Notes: generated by a model not told the origin, from the sequence alone. A DNA stretch of 64,000 bases from Anaeromyxobacteraceae bacterium (GCA_047602405.1 JASGHJ010000002.1:2240001-2304000), one strand, 5' to 3'. Shown: positions 1 to 9,208, counted from the stretch's first letter. Numbers and translations are program-made.

Positions 1-1
1 G

Positions 2-1342
2 ATCTCGGCGGCGATCGCCCTCCTCCTCTTCTGGATCTCCTGGCGGGAGGCCCAGGCCCGCGGCCGCGCGGAGCGCACCGCGCTCCGGAACGCCTTCCTC
101 GCCGACGCGGGGCGGCTGCTCGCCGCGTCCTTCGACTACTTCCGCACGCTCGACGACGTCGTGCGGCTCGCGGCGGGCCAGATCGCCGACGGGGCGATCG
201 TCCAGCTCGTGGAGCCGGCCGAGCCGCTCTGGCTCGTCGCGCACCGGGACCCCGCGGCCGGCCGGGCCATCGCGTCGGCGCTCCGGGGCTGGCGCCCGCG
301 CAGCGAGGACGCGGTCGGCCCGCTCGCGGCGCTGCGCACCGGCGCGCCCATCGTGGTGCGCCGGATCGCCTGGGACGCCCCGCCCCTCGCCGGCAAGCCC
401 GAGCTCGCCGGCGCGCTCCGCGCGGCGGGGGTCCGCGCCGCCCTGGCCGTGCCGCTCGTCGCCCGCGGCGAGCCCCTCGGCGCCGTCGTGCTGCTCTCCT
501 CGCGCCGCCTGCGGCCCTTCCCGCCGGAGTCGGTCGCGCTCGGCGAGGATCTCGCCCGCCTCGTGGTCGCCGCCGTCGAGAGCGCCCGCCTCTACCGGCG
601 CGCGCAGGACGCGGTCCGCAGCCGCGACGAGTTCCTCTCCATCGCCTCCCACGAGCTCAAGACCCCCATCACCTCGCTCGCGCTGCAGGCCGACAGCCTC
701 CGCTCGTCGGCGACGCGCGGGGACACCGACGCCCTCGTGCGCAAGATCGAGGTGGTCCGCCGGAACGTGCGCCGCCTGTCGAACCTCGTCTCCACGATGC
801 TCGACCTGTCCCGCATCCAGGCCGGCCGCCTCGACCTCGAGCCGGAGCTCGTCGACCTCGGCGAGCTCGCCCGGGAGGTCGTGGTGCGCCACGGGGAGGA
901 GGCCGAGCGGGCCCACGTGACGCTGCGGCTCGACGCGCCCGAGCCGGTGATCGGCCGGTGGGACCGGCTCCGCCTCGAGCAGGTGGTCACGAACCTCGTC
1001 ACGAACGCCCTCAAGTACGGGCGGGGCCATCCGGTCGACGTGCGGGCGCGCGGCGCCGGGGACCGGGCGGTCCTCGAGGTGCGGGACCGCGGCATCGGCA
1101 TCGCGCTCGACGACCAGCCCCGCATCTTCGAGCGGTTCGAGCGCGCGGTCTCCGACCGGCACTACGGCGGGTTCGGGCTCGGGCTCTGGATCGTCCGCGA
1201 GGTGGTCGGGGCGATGGGCGGCCAGATCCGGCTGCAGAGCGCGCCCGGCGAGGGCTCCACGTTCACGGTCGAGCTCCGGCGCGCGCCGGACGAGGCCTCA
1301 CCCGCACCGGCGCCGTCGCGCGCCGGCCCAGGAGCCGCCTAG
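2..1342 (+). CDS. Sensor histidine kinase (TM helix, GAF, HisKA, HATPase); 5'-truncated by window edge
   Basis: Frame is open from base 2 (ISAAIALLLFWISWRE...). H-box FLSIASHELKTP, N-box NLVTNALKY, G boxes DRGIGI and GFGLGL; GAF-like LAVPLVARGEPLG. Confidence 0.93.
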   Translation: MSAAIALLLFWISWREAQARGRAERTALRNAFLADAGRLLAASFDYFRTLDDVVRLAAGQIADGAIVQLVEPAEPLWLVAHRDPAAGRAIASALRGWRPRSEDAVGPLAALRTGAPIVVRRIAWDAPPLAGKPELAGALRAAGVRAALAVPLVARGEPLGAVVLLSSRRLRPFPPESVALGEDLARLVVAAVESARLYRRAQDAVRSRDEFLSIASHELKTPITSLALQADSLRSSATRGDTDALVRKIEVVRRNVRRLSNLVSTMLDLSRIQAGRLDLEPELVDLGELAREVVVRHGEEAERAHVTLRLDAPEPVIGRWDRLRLEQVVTNLVTNALKYGRGHPVDVRARGAGDRAVLEVRDRGIGIALDDQPRIFERFERAVSDRHYGGFGLGLWIVREVVGAMGGQIRLQSAPGEGSTFTVELRRAPDEASPAPAPSRAGPGAA

Positions 1343-1345
1343 CGC

Positions 1346-2260
1346 ATGACCGGCAACCTCTCCCGCTTCGCCTGGCTCTCCATCGCCGCCGCGATCGTGA
1401 CGATCGCGCTCAAGACCCTGGCCTGGCGGGTCACCGGCTCGGTCGGCCTCCTCTCCGACGCGCTCGAGTCGCTCGTGAACCTCGCCGCGGCGGTGATGAC
1501 CCTCCTCATGCTGGGGCTCGCCTCGCGCCCGGCGGACGAGGCGCACGCCTACGGCTACTCGAAGGCCGAGTACTTCGCGAGCGGCGTCGAGGGCGCGCTG
1601 ATCCTGCTCGCCGCCGCCGGCATCGCCTGGACCGCGGTGCCGCGCCTCCTCGCGCCGCAGCCCGTCGAGCAGGCGGGGCTGGGCCTCGCGATCTCGACCG
1701 GCGCGTCGCTCGTCAACCTCGCGGTGGGCCAGGTGATGCTCCGGGCCGGGCGCCGCCACCGGTCGATCGCGCTCGAGGCGGACGGCCACCACCTCATGAC
1801 CGACGTCTGGACCTCGGCCGGGGTCATCCTCGCCGTCGGCGCCGTCGCGGTGACCGGCTGGGTGCGCCTCGATCCGCTGATCGCGCTCCTCGTGGCCGCG
1901 AACATCGTCTGGACCGGCGTCCGCATCGTCCGGCGCTCCGCGCTCGGGCTGCTCGACCGCGCGCTCGACCCGGAGGAGCTCGTGCGGGTGCACCAGGTGA
2001 TCGAGGGGCACGCCGCCCGCGGGGTGCAGTTCCACGCGCTGCGCACCCGGCAGGCGGGCTCGCGGCGCTTCGTGTCGATGCACGTCCTCGTGCCGGGGGA
2101 CTGGACCGTCACGCGCGGCCACGACCTCGTCGAGGAGATCGAGGCGGAGATCCGCGCGGCGGTGCCGAACGTCAACGTGCTCACGCACCTCGAGCCGGTC
2201 GAGGATCCGGCGTCGTTCGAGGACGTGGAGCTCGACCGCTCCGCCGCGCCGCCCGGCTGA
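1346..2260 (+). CDS. Cation diffusion facilitator (FieF-like) transporter
   Basis: [34 protein letters not shown]-terminal dimerisation domain ending VLTHLEP. Confidence 0.93.
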   Translation: MTGNLSRFAWLSIAAAIVTIALKTLAWRVTGSVGLLSDALESLVNLAAAVMTLLMLGLASRPADEAHAYGYSKAEYFASGVEGALILLAAAGIAWTAVPRLLAPQPVEQAGLGLAISTGASLVNLAVGQVMLRAGRRHRSIALEADGHHLMTDVWTSAGVILAVGAVAVTGWVRLDPLIALLVAANIVWTGVRIVRRSALGLLDRALDPEELVRVHQVIEGHAARGVQFHALRTRQAGSRRFVSMHVLVPGDWTVTRGHDLVEEIEAEIRAAVPNVNVLTHLEPVEDPASFEDVELDRSAAPPG

Positions 2261-2279
2261 GGCGCCGCCCGGCCGCGGC

Positions 2280-3095
2280 TCACTGCACGAGCTGCTCGTC
2301 GGCGTGCTGCGCCGCCTCGAGCTCGCCCATCCAGGCCCTGAGGCCCTCGAACTCGCGGACGACCCGGCCGTGGGGGAGGGGCTCGGGCCATTCCCCGCGG
2401 CCGCCCACCACGAGCTCGACCCCGCGCTGCCGGCAGGCCTCGCCGACGACGGTCGCCTGCTCGGCGAGCGTCGACCGGTTCGCGACGACGCTCGCGGACA
2501 GCACGACCGCGTCCATGCCGCCCTGCGCGACCATCCGCTGGATCTCCCCGGTCGGCGTGCGCCGGCCCGACCACCGGACGTTCCAGCCGGCCTCCTTCAG
2601 GCAGACCTCCACGAGCCCGAGGCCCAGCATGTGCTCCTCGCCCTCGGCGGTGGCGAGCAGCACGCGGGGCGCGGAGGGGCGCGCCGGCAGCGACTCGGCG
2701 CAGCGGCTCAGGGCGCGCGAGAGGCGCTCGGAGGCGAGGTGCTCCTCCACGATGCCGATCCGGCCGTCCTGCCAGCGGCGGCCCAGCTCCTCGATCTCGG
2801 GCGCGACCCAGATCGCGACGCGCCACCAGGCCCCCAGGCGGGCCCGCTGCTCGAGGAGGGTCGCCTGGATGCCGAGCACGTCCTCGTCGCCGAGCAGGCG
2901 GTCGACGAGGCTCGGGCTGTGGCCCGTGACCCCCTCGCGGCTCCGCCGGAAGCGCTCCACCGCCTCGAGCGTGTAGCGGCGGTGGCGGCCGGCGGTGCGG
3001 ACGCACTCGATCTTGCCGTCGTCCGACCACCGCTTGACGGTGCCCGTGGAGACGCCCAGGAGGGAGGCCACGTCGCTGCTCGTGAGGAGGCGCAT
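2280..3095 (-). CDS. HTH plus cobalamin-binding transcriptional regulator (CarH/LitR-like)
   Basis: N-terminal MerR/excisionase HTH (LTSSDVASLLGVSTGTVKRW...RTAGRHRRY), W-x9-EH motif (WQDGRIGIVEEH), ExHxxG (EEHMLG), VVLS and VGG B12 motifs. Confidence 0.88.
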   Translation of the reverse strand: MRLLTSSDVASLLGVSTGTVKRWSDDGKIECVRTAGRHRRYTLEAVERFRRSREGVTGHSPSLVDRLLGDEDVLGIQATLLEQRARLGAWWRVAIWVAPEIEELGRRWQDGRIGIVEEHLASERLSRALSRCAESLPARPSAPRVLLATAEGEEHMLGLGLVEVCLKEAGWNVRWSGRRTPTGEIQRMVAQGGMDAVVLSASVVANRSTLAEQATVVGEACRQRGVELVVGGRGEWPEPLPHGRVVREFEGLRAWMGELEAAQHADEQLVQ

Positions 3096-3111
3096 CGAGG
3101 AGACTCCGTGC

Positions 3112-3849
3112 TCAGGCTGCGGTGCGCTCCGGGTCGGCGCTCGACTCCGCGAGGGCCGTGGCGAGGTACCGGTGCAGGTACTGCTTCGCCTTCAGCTCCA
3201 CCTGGCGGACCCGCTCGCGCGAGACGCCCCAGCGCTTGCCGATGTCCTCGAGGGTGGTGGGATCGTCCTGCTGCAGGCGGTTGTGGATGATGTCCCAGCC
3301 GAGCTCGCCGATGCGCTTGCGCACCTTCACGAGCGCAGCGCGGATCTCGTGATCGCCCTCGGCGGAGAGGAAGCGGTCCTCGGGGCCGGGGCCGTCGTCC
3401 TCGAGCCGGTCGAGGTGCGTGACGTCGCCGTCGTCGTCGAAGGTCAGGTCGAGCGAGAGGTCGGACTGCGCCACGGTGCCGCTCTGCGGGCGCACCGAGG
3501 AGCGGACCTCCTTGAGGTACTTCCCGATGTACGCGCGGATCCACCAGACCGCGTAGGTGGAGAAGCGCGTGCCGGCGTGCGGGTCGAACTTCTCGATCGC
3601 GCGCATCAGGCCGACGTTGCCCTCCTGGATCACGTCGTCGAGCCGCACCGATCCGAGCCGCTGGCGGCGGGCGATGGCGACGACGAACGCGAGGTTGTGC
3701 TGCGCGAGCTGCTGCTTCGCGCGCACGTCGCCGCCCCTCGCGCGGACGGCGACCGCGTGCTCCTCGTCGCGCGAGAGCGGCGGGTGCGCGCGGATGGCGC
3801 GGAGGTACGGCGCGAGCTCGTCGGAATCCTTCCTGGTGCGCATGAGCAT
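3112..3849 (-). CDS. Sigma-70 family RNA polymerase sigma factor (short RpoH/RpoD-like paralogue)
   Basis: Region 1.2 LAPYLRAI, region 2 NLAFVVAIA...DVIQEGNVGLMRAIEKFDP..GTRFSTYAVWWIR, region 4 TLEDIGKRWGVSRERVRQVE. Start is 3849 or 3843. Confidence 0.92.
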   Translation of the reverse strand: MLMRTRKDSDELAPYLRAIRAHPPLSRDEEHAVAVRARGGDVRAKQQLAQHNLAFVVAIARRQRLGSVRLDDVIQEGNVGLMRAIEKFDPHAGTRFSTYAVWWIRAYIGKYLKEVRSSVRPQSGTVAQSDLSLDLTFDDDGDVTHLDRLEDDGPGPEDRFLSAEGDHEIRAALVKVRKRIGELGWDIIHNRLQQDDPTTLEDIGKRWGVSRERVRQVELKAKQYLHRYLATALAESSADPERTAA

Positions 3850-3889
3850 TCCTCGATCTCCCCGTCTGCGTTCGTTCTTGACGGAGGTC

Positions 3890-3929
3890 ATTATGGACGG
3901 AAAAGACGTTTCATTGCAACCGAAACGTC
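3890..3929 (-). promoter_or_regulatory. Putative sigma-70 promoter (TTGCAA-N18-CATAAT) with an overlapping inverted-repeat operator GACGTTTC-N9-GAAACGTC
   Basis: Minus-strand -35 at 3919-3914 and -10 at 3895-3890. Perfect 8-bp arms at 3905-3912 and 3922-3929 in an AT-richer intergenic region. Confidence 0.55.
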
Positions 3930-4062
3930 CAAATCGGCGCTTCCATGGTCGTTTCGGCCGTCATGCTGCGCCAGATGCGTCCCCCTAAGGGTCGCATCCG
4001 GGCGCCTGGGGCTCGGAGGAGGGCTCGGCGGGAGCTCCGGCCAGGTCGGCCGGGAGGGCGCT

Positions 4063-4539
4063 TCAGGGCTGGCGGGACGCCTGATCCACGGAGAGCGTCA
4101 CCCGCCCCGCGCGCACGCGCACGGTCGCGGCGACGGACAGGCCGCGGACGGCGAGCGGGACGGCGTCGATGGCGAGCGGCGCGGGCGCCGAGTCGTTGCC
4201 GGCGAGGGCGCGCGCGGCGACGACGGCCGCCTCCACCGGACTCGAGGTCACCGCGGGGCGCGGCGGCGGCAGCGCCCCGCCGGCCGTCGGCACCGGGCGA
4301 GGCGCGGCCACGGCAGCGGGCGGCGGCGGGTGCGCCGGCACGGGGGCGGCGCCGGGCGGCGGCGCAGGAGCGGGCGCGGGCTTCGCGGGCGCGGCCTTGC
4401 GCGGCAGGAGCCCGGCCCGCGCGCGCCGCTCGTTCTCCGCGTCGATGCCCGAAGGCTGCTGGGGGCGCGCCAGGGCCGGCGCACCGGCGGAGGCCGCCAC
4501 CGCGAGGGCCACCCCGACGGCGAGTCCGGCGCGCGTCAC
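4063..4539 (-). CDS. Hypothetical secreted Pro/Ala-rich protein
   Basis: GTG start overlaps the upstream TGA (GTGA). Signal-peptide-like N-terminus VTRAGLAVGVALAVAASAG. Confidence 0.6.
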   Translation of the reverse strand: MTRAGLAVGVALAVAASAGAPALARPQQPSGIDAENERRARAGLLPRKAAPAKPAPAPAPPPGAAPVPAHPPPPAAVAAPRPVPTAGGALPPPRPAVTSSPVEAAVVAARALAGNDSAPAPLAIDAVPLAVRGLSVAATVRVRAGRVTLSVDQASRQP

Positions 4540-5009
4540 CGGCCCCCTCCGGCGGCGGCCTCTCGCGCGGGCAGCGTGCGGATGGAGGCGGCGGCCCGCC
4601 GCGCGTCGGCGAGCAGGCCGTCGAGGGCGTCCGGGGTCGCGACGAGGAAGACGCGCAGGCTCACGTCCCGGTAGGCCACCCCCGGCTCCGGTCGCCCCGG
4701 GAGGTTCACGCGCTCGACCCGCCAGGTGGCGCCGCGCGGGCCCTCTCCCGGGCGGAGCCGGATGGCGGGCAGCGCGTCGAACACGACCTCGCGCACCGCG
4801 ACGTCGAGCGAGAGCTCCACCGCCGGTGCGCCGTCCGCCCCCGGCCCGTCGACGCCGAGCGGGAGCTGCCCCGCGCCGGGCGCGGCGGCGAGCGCGAACG
4901 CGAGGGCGGTCAGGGCGACGTCGTCGCGGGGATCGGGCGAGCCCGCGCGGGCGGGGACGGCCAGGGCGACGGTGAGGGCGACGGCGGCGAGCGTGCGGCG
5001 AAGGTGCAA
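4536..5009 (-). CDS. Hypothetical secreted protein
   Basis: Signal-like N-terminus and ordered core WRVERVNLPGRPEPGVAYRDV; coupled to the downstream ORF. Start uncertain. Confidence 0.6.
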   Translation of the reverse strand: MHLRRTLAAVALTVALAVPARAGSPDPRDDVALTALAFALAAAPGAGQLPLGVDGPGADGAPAVELSLDVAVREVVFDALPAIRLRPGEGPRGATWRVERVNLPGRPEPGVAYRDVSLRVFLVATPDALDGLLADARRAAASIRTLPAREAAAGGGR

Positions 5010-5136
5010 GGCGGCTCCGGTGCTGCGGCGAGGACCGAGTTGTAAGGTCGGCCGGGACCCGGCCGCAAGCCGTCACGCGCGGGGGGAGGTCGGACGGCGC
5101 CGCACACCCGGCACGGTCGCGGCGTATCCTCGCCGG

Positions 5137-6519
5137 ATGCACCTGGACCCCGCCGCCCCGGCCGCCGCGCGCCCCGGCCTCCTCGACCGGCTGGGGCTCG
5201 GCCGGCCCGAGCTCCGCGCCTGGGCGATGTACGACGTCGCGAACTCGGCGGCGGTCACCACGATCGTCACGGCGGTGTTCCCGATCTACTTCGCGAAGGT
5301 CGCCGCGGCCGGCCTGCCGCCCACCCGCGCGACCCAGGCGGTCGCGGTCGCGAACACGGTGTCGCTCGTCCTCGTCGCGGCGCTCGCGCCGGTGCTGGGC
5401 GCGCTCGTGGACCTCAGGCCCTGGAAGAAGCGGGTGCTGGCCGCGTTCGCCGCCGTCGGCGTCGCCGCCTCGGCCGCGATGTTCCTGGTCGGGCGGGGCG
5501 ACTGGCTGCTCGCGGCGGCGCTGCTCGCGCTCGTGTCGGTGGGCCTCAACGGCAGCTTCGTCGCGTACGACGCGCTCCTCCCCCACGTCGCGCGCGAGGA
5601 CGAGCTCGACCGGGTGTCGACCGCCGGCTACGCGCTCGGCTACCTGGGCGGCGGCGCGCTCCTCGCGGTGCAGCTCGCGATCATCCTCTCGCCCGGCCTC
5701 GCCGGCATCCCGTCCGGCCCGGGCGCCTCCCCGGACGCCCTCACCCTGCCCTCCCGGCTCGCCTTCCTCACCACCGGGCTCTGGTGGGCGCTGTTCACCA
5801 TCCCGCTGCTCCGTCGCGTCCGCGAGCCCGCCATCTCCGGCGGCGGCGTCGTCGAGGGGGTCGGGGCCGCGGTGAGCGCCGCGCTCCGGCGGCTCGGCGG
5901 CACCTTCCGCACGCTCGCGCGCCACCGGCAGGCGCTCCTCATGCTCGCCGCGTTCCTGCTCTACAACGACGGCATCGGCACGATCATCCGGATGGCCGCG
6001 GCCTACGGCACCGAGATCGGGCTCGGGCAGGGCACGCTCGTCGGCGCGATCCTGATGGTGCAGTTCCTGGGCATCCCGTTCGCGTTCGCCTTCGGCGGGC
6101 TGGGCGGGCGCTTCGGCGCGAAGCGGATGGTGGTGGTCGGGCTCGCCGTCTACACGATGATCGCGGTGCTCGCCTACTTCACCACCACCGCCGCCCACTT
6201 CTGGACCCTCGCGGTGCTGGTCGCCGCCGTCCAGGGCGGGACCCAGGCGCTCTCGCGCTCCCTCTTCGCGACCCTCGTCCCGCGCCACCTCTCCGGTGAG
6301 TTCTTCGCCTTCTTCTCCGTCTCGGAGAAGTTCGCGGGCATCTTCGGGCCGCTCCTGTTCGCGCTCGCCATCGAGGCCTCCGGCTCGTCCCGGGCGGCCA
6401 TCCTGTCGGTGATCCTGTTCTTCGTCGCCGGCGGCGCGCTGCTCGCGCGGGTCGACGTGGCGCGGGGGCAGGAGGAGGCGCGCGCGGCGGAGCGCGGCGC
6501 GGCGCCACGGGCGGGCTGA
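5137..6519 (+). CDS. MFS transporter (UMF1/Atg22-like family)
   Basis: RAWAMYDVANSA, YDALLP, GYALGYLGG, LYNDGIGT, QGGTQALSRS; about 12 TM segments. Confidence 0.92.
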   Translation: MHLDPAAPAAARPGLLDRLGLGRPELRAWAMYDVANSAAVTTIVTAVFPIYFAKVAAAGLPPTRATQAVAVANTVSLVLVAALAPVLGALVDLRPWKKRVLAAFAAVGVAASAAMFLVGRGDWLLAAALLALVSVGLNGSFVAYDALLPHVAREDELDRVSTAGYALGYLGGGALLAVQLAIILSPGLAGIPSGPGASPDALTLPSRLAFLTTGLWWALFTIPLLRRVREPAISGGGVVEGVGAAVSAALRRLGGTFRTLARHRQALLMLAAFLLYNDGIGTIIRMAAAYGTEIGLGQGTLVGAILMVQFLGIPFAFAFGGLGGRFGAKRMVVVGLAVYTMIAVLAYFTTTAAHFWTLAVLVAAVQGGTQALSRSLFATLVPRHLSGEFFAFFSVSEKFAGIFGPLLFALAIEASGSSRAAILSVILFFVAGGALLARVDVARGQEEARAAERGAAPRAG

Positions 6520-6521
6520 CC

Positions 6522-7322
6522 CTACTCCGAGTCGTGCACGTGGTAGTGCGCGTGCACGTGGGCCGCGCCGCCGTGGCGGTGCTGGTGCCGGTGGGCGAGG
6601 CCGCTGCGGACGAGGAGCGGCTCGTTCCCGAGCAGGCGCTCCGGGGAGCCGTCGAACAGCACGCCCTCGCCGCGGGGGTGGAGCAGCACCGCGCGGGTCC
6701 CGAGCTCGGAGGCGATCGAGAGGTTGTGGGTGGACGCGACGATCGTCACGCCCTCGAGGCCGGCGAGGAGGTCCACGAGCCGGGCCTGCGCGGCCGGGTC
6801 CATGTTCGCGGTCGCCTCGTCGAGGAGGAGCGCGCGCGGGTGCATCGCGAGCACGGCGGCGAGGCCGACCCGCTTCTTCTCGCCGCCCGAGAGCTCGAAC
6901 GGCGGCCGGTCCGCGAGCGCCGTCACGTCGAGCGCGTCGGCCCAGCGGGCCACCCGCGCGTCCACGTCCGGGATCCCGAGCTGGCGCGGGCCGAAGGCGA
7001 TCTCGTCGGCGACGGTGGGGTTGAAGACCATCGCGTCGACGTTCTGGAAGAGGAGCCCGACCGCGCTCCGGAAGCTCCGACGGAACGCGGGGTCCTCGAG
7101 CGCGCGGGCGTCGAGGCGGGTCCCCTCGAACCGGACCTCGCCGCGCGTCGCGAAGGCGAGCCCGTCGAGCACGCGCATGAGCGTGCTCTTCCCGCAGCCG
7201 TTCACGCCGAGGAGCACGAGCCGCTCGCCGCGGTTGATCGTCAGGTCGAGGTCGCGCAGCACCGGCCGGCCGTTGACCTCGACGGTGATCCCCCGGAGCT
7301 CGAACGCGGGCGCGGCCGCCAT
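6522..7322 (-). CDS. ECF-type ABC ATPase (CbiO/NikO-like) with His-rich tail
   Basis: Walker A GVNGCGKST, FQNVDAMVFNPTVADEIAFGP, LSGGEKKRV, LLLDE; C-terminus HRHQHRHGGAAHVHAHYHVHDSE. Confidence 0.9.
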   Translation of the reverse strand: MAAAPAFELRGITVEVNGRPVLRDLDLTINRGERLVLLGVNGCGKSTLMRVLDGLAFATRGEVRFEGTRLDARALEDPAFRRSFRSAVGLLFQNVDAMVFNPTVADEIAFGPRQLGIPDVDARVARWADALDVTALADRPPFELSGGEKKRVGLAAVLAMHPRALLLDEATANMDPAAQARLVDLLAGLEGVTIVASTHNLSIASELGTRAVLLHPRGEGVLFDGSPERLLGNEPLLVRSGLAHRHQHRHGGAAHVHAHYHVHDSE

Positions 7323-7936
7323 CAGAACCCCCTCGCGCGCATGGCGTCGGCGACGTCGCGCGCGTTCCGGAGCGAGAGCGTCATGAGCGCGGCCGTCGCG
7401 CCGCCGGCGCCCCGCACCGCGTCCAGCGCGCCGGGCCGGCGCAGGAGGCGCGAGCGCAGGCCCTGGGCGGACTCCGTCGCGAGGAGGCGCAGCGCGTGCG
7501 TCTGGGCGAGCGTGAGGACGAGGAGCCGGCTCGCGGCGGGCCAGGGCGCCGCGGCGGCGAGGAGGTCCACCCGGGCGACGACCCCGAAGGTCGCGAACGC
7601 GATGACGAGCGCGCGCAGGGCGAGCGCGAGCCAGGGCCACGGGTCGGGCCAGGCCCCGCGCGTCACCCGCTCGAGGCCGAGGGAGGCCGCCGCGAGGAGG
7701 AGGACCACGGGCGCGACCGCGAGGAGCGCCCGGCGGAGCGCCGCGACGGCGCCGTCCGCCAGCAGCACGAGCGCGACCGCGCCCGCGAGCGCGAGGTGCG
7801 AGGGCGCCCGGAGCGCGGAGACGGCGAAGACCCCGACGGCCCAGGCCGCGAGGATGCGACGGCTGCGGCCGGGCTCGCCCGCGCGGCGGCGCGGGAGCGG
7901 GGGCGGCGGCGCGCCGTGGTCGTGCCCGAGCGACAT
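7322..7936 (-). CDS. ECF transporter transmembrane T component (CbiQ-like)
   Basis: Hydrophobic, with C-terminal ADAMRARGF (T-component XRX motif); TGATG coupling to the ATPase. Confidence 0.75.
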   Translation of the reverse strand: MSLGHDHGAPPPPLPRRRAGEPGRSRRILAAWAVGVFAVSALRAPSHLALAGAVALVLLADGAVAALRRALLAVAPVVLLLAAASLGLERVTRGAWPDPWPWLALALRALVIAFATFGVVARVDLLAAAAPWPAASRLLVLTLAQTHALRLLATESAQGLRSRLLRRPGALDAVRGAGGATAALMTLSLRNARDVADAMRARGF

Positions 7937-8000
7937 CTCGTGGCCCGTTGTAAGGCCAACGCGGCGATCCCGGCAACTCCGCGCTAAGAAGGACGGGAGG

Positions 8001-8972
8001 ATGGCCTCTCTCCAGCTCGACCTCTTCGGCGCCGCAGCCCCGCCGGCCCTCGCGGCCGCGCCGTCGGACCCGGCGCACGAGGCCCTCGCGGCCCGCCTCC
8101 CGGCGACGCTCCGGCTCGGGACCTCCTCGTGGTCGTTCCCGGGCTGGGCCGGGCTCCTCTACGACCGCGCCGCGAGCGAGGCCGCGCTCTCGAAGGCCGG
8201 GCTCCCGGCCTACGCCAGGAACCCGCTCCTGCGCGCCGTGGGCCTCGACCGCACCTACTACGCGCCGCTCGACGCCGCGGCCTTCGCGCTCCACGCCGCC
8301 CAGGTGCCCGAGGGGTTCCGCTTCCTCGTGAAGGCGTCGCAGGAGTGCACCTCGCCCACCCTCCTCACCGCCGCGGGCGGCAGCGCCGTGAACCCGCGGT
8401 TCCTCGACGCGGCGTGGGCCCGGGAGGCGGTGGTCGCGCCGGCGGTCGAGGGGCTGGGCGCGAAGCTCGGCGTGCTCCTGTTCCAGTTCCCGCCTCTCAC
8501 CTTCTCGGCCTCGCGGCGACCGGAGGCGGTGCTGGAGCGGCTCCGGGCCTTCCTCGCGGCGCTGCCCACGGGCGTGCCGTACGGCGTGGAGCTCCGGAGC
8601 CCGGCGCTGTTCACGCCCGCGTACGCCCGGCTCCTCGAGGAGACCGGCGCGCTCCACGCGTACGTCGTACACCCCGCCGCGCCCGACCTCGAAGCCCAGG
8701 CGCGCCTGTTGCCGCCGGAGGCGCAGCCGGCGCTCGTGCTGCGCTGGATGTTAGGGCACGGCCGCGGCTACGAGGAGGCGCGGGAGCTCTACCGGCCCTT
8801 CGATCGCCTCGCGGCGCCGGACCCAGACACGCGGGAGGCGGTCGCGCGGATCTGCGCGCGGGCGGTGGGGAAGGGCCGGCCCGGGATCGTCATCGTGAAC
8901 AACAAGGCGGAGGGCTGCTCGCCCCGGTCGGTGTTCGCGCTGGCGGAGCGGATCGTGGGGGAGCAGGCGTGA
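8001..8972 (+). CDS. DUF72 (YecE-like) domain protein
   Basis: RLGTSSWSFPGW, LDRTYY, FRFLVKA, LGVLLFQFPP, VELRS, IVNNKAEG; GGAGG immediately upstream. Confidence 0.9.
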   Translation: MASLQLDLFGAAAPPALAAAPSDPAHEALAARLPATLRLGTSSWSFPGWAGLLYDRAASEAALSKAGLPAYARNPLLRAVGLDRTYYAPLDAAAFALHAAQVPEGFRFLVKASQECTSPTLLTAAGGSAVNPRFLDAAWAREAVVAPAVEGLGAKLGVLLFQFPPLTFSASRRPEAVLERLRAFLAALPTGVPYGVELRSPALFTPAYARLLEETGALHAYVVHPAAPDLEAQARLLPPEAQPALVLRWMLGHGRGYEEARELYRPFDRLAAPDPDTREAVARICARAVGKGRPGIVIVNNKAEGCSPRSVFALAERIVGEQA

Positions 8973-9208
8973 GGGGTTAGAACCAGAACGGTTCAGCCGG
9001 CTGAACTGGAAATGCAAACCAGCATCGGCCGCGAGATGCGGGCGCGCATGAGCATTGCGCGCTTTGCCTCGCGTGACTCCGCACGGAGGCAGAGACCCGC
9101 GCCCGAAGATCGCGCGCCCCATCCGTTACACCACTGGTGGAGGGGCTTACGGAATCCGGGTTCACCCGGAGGAAGGACGCCGAGCAGCCGGCGGCCGCGC
9201 GCCCTCCC

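Noticed and set aside
8973..9168. Retron msr-msd or 6S RNA assignment
   Set aside because: No reverse transcriptase nearby and no convincing 6S consensus; kept only as an unassigned structured element.
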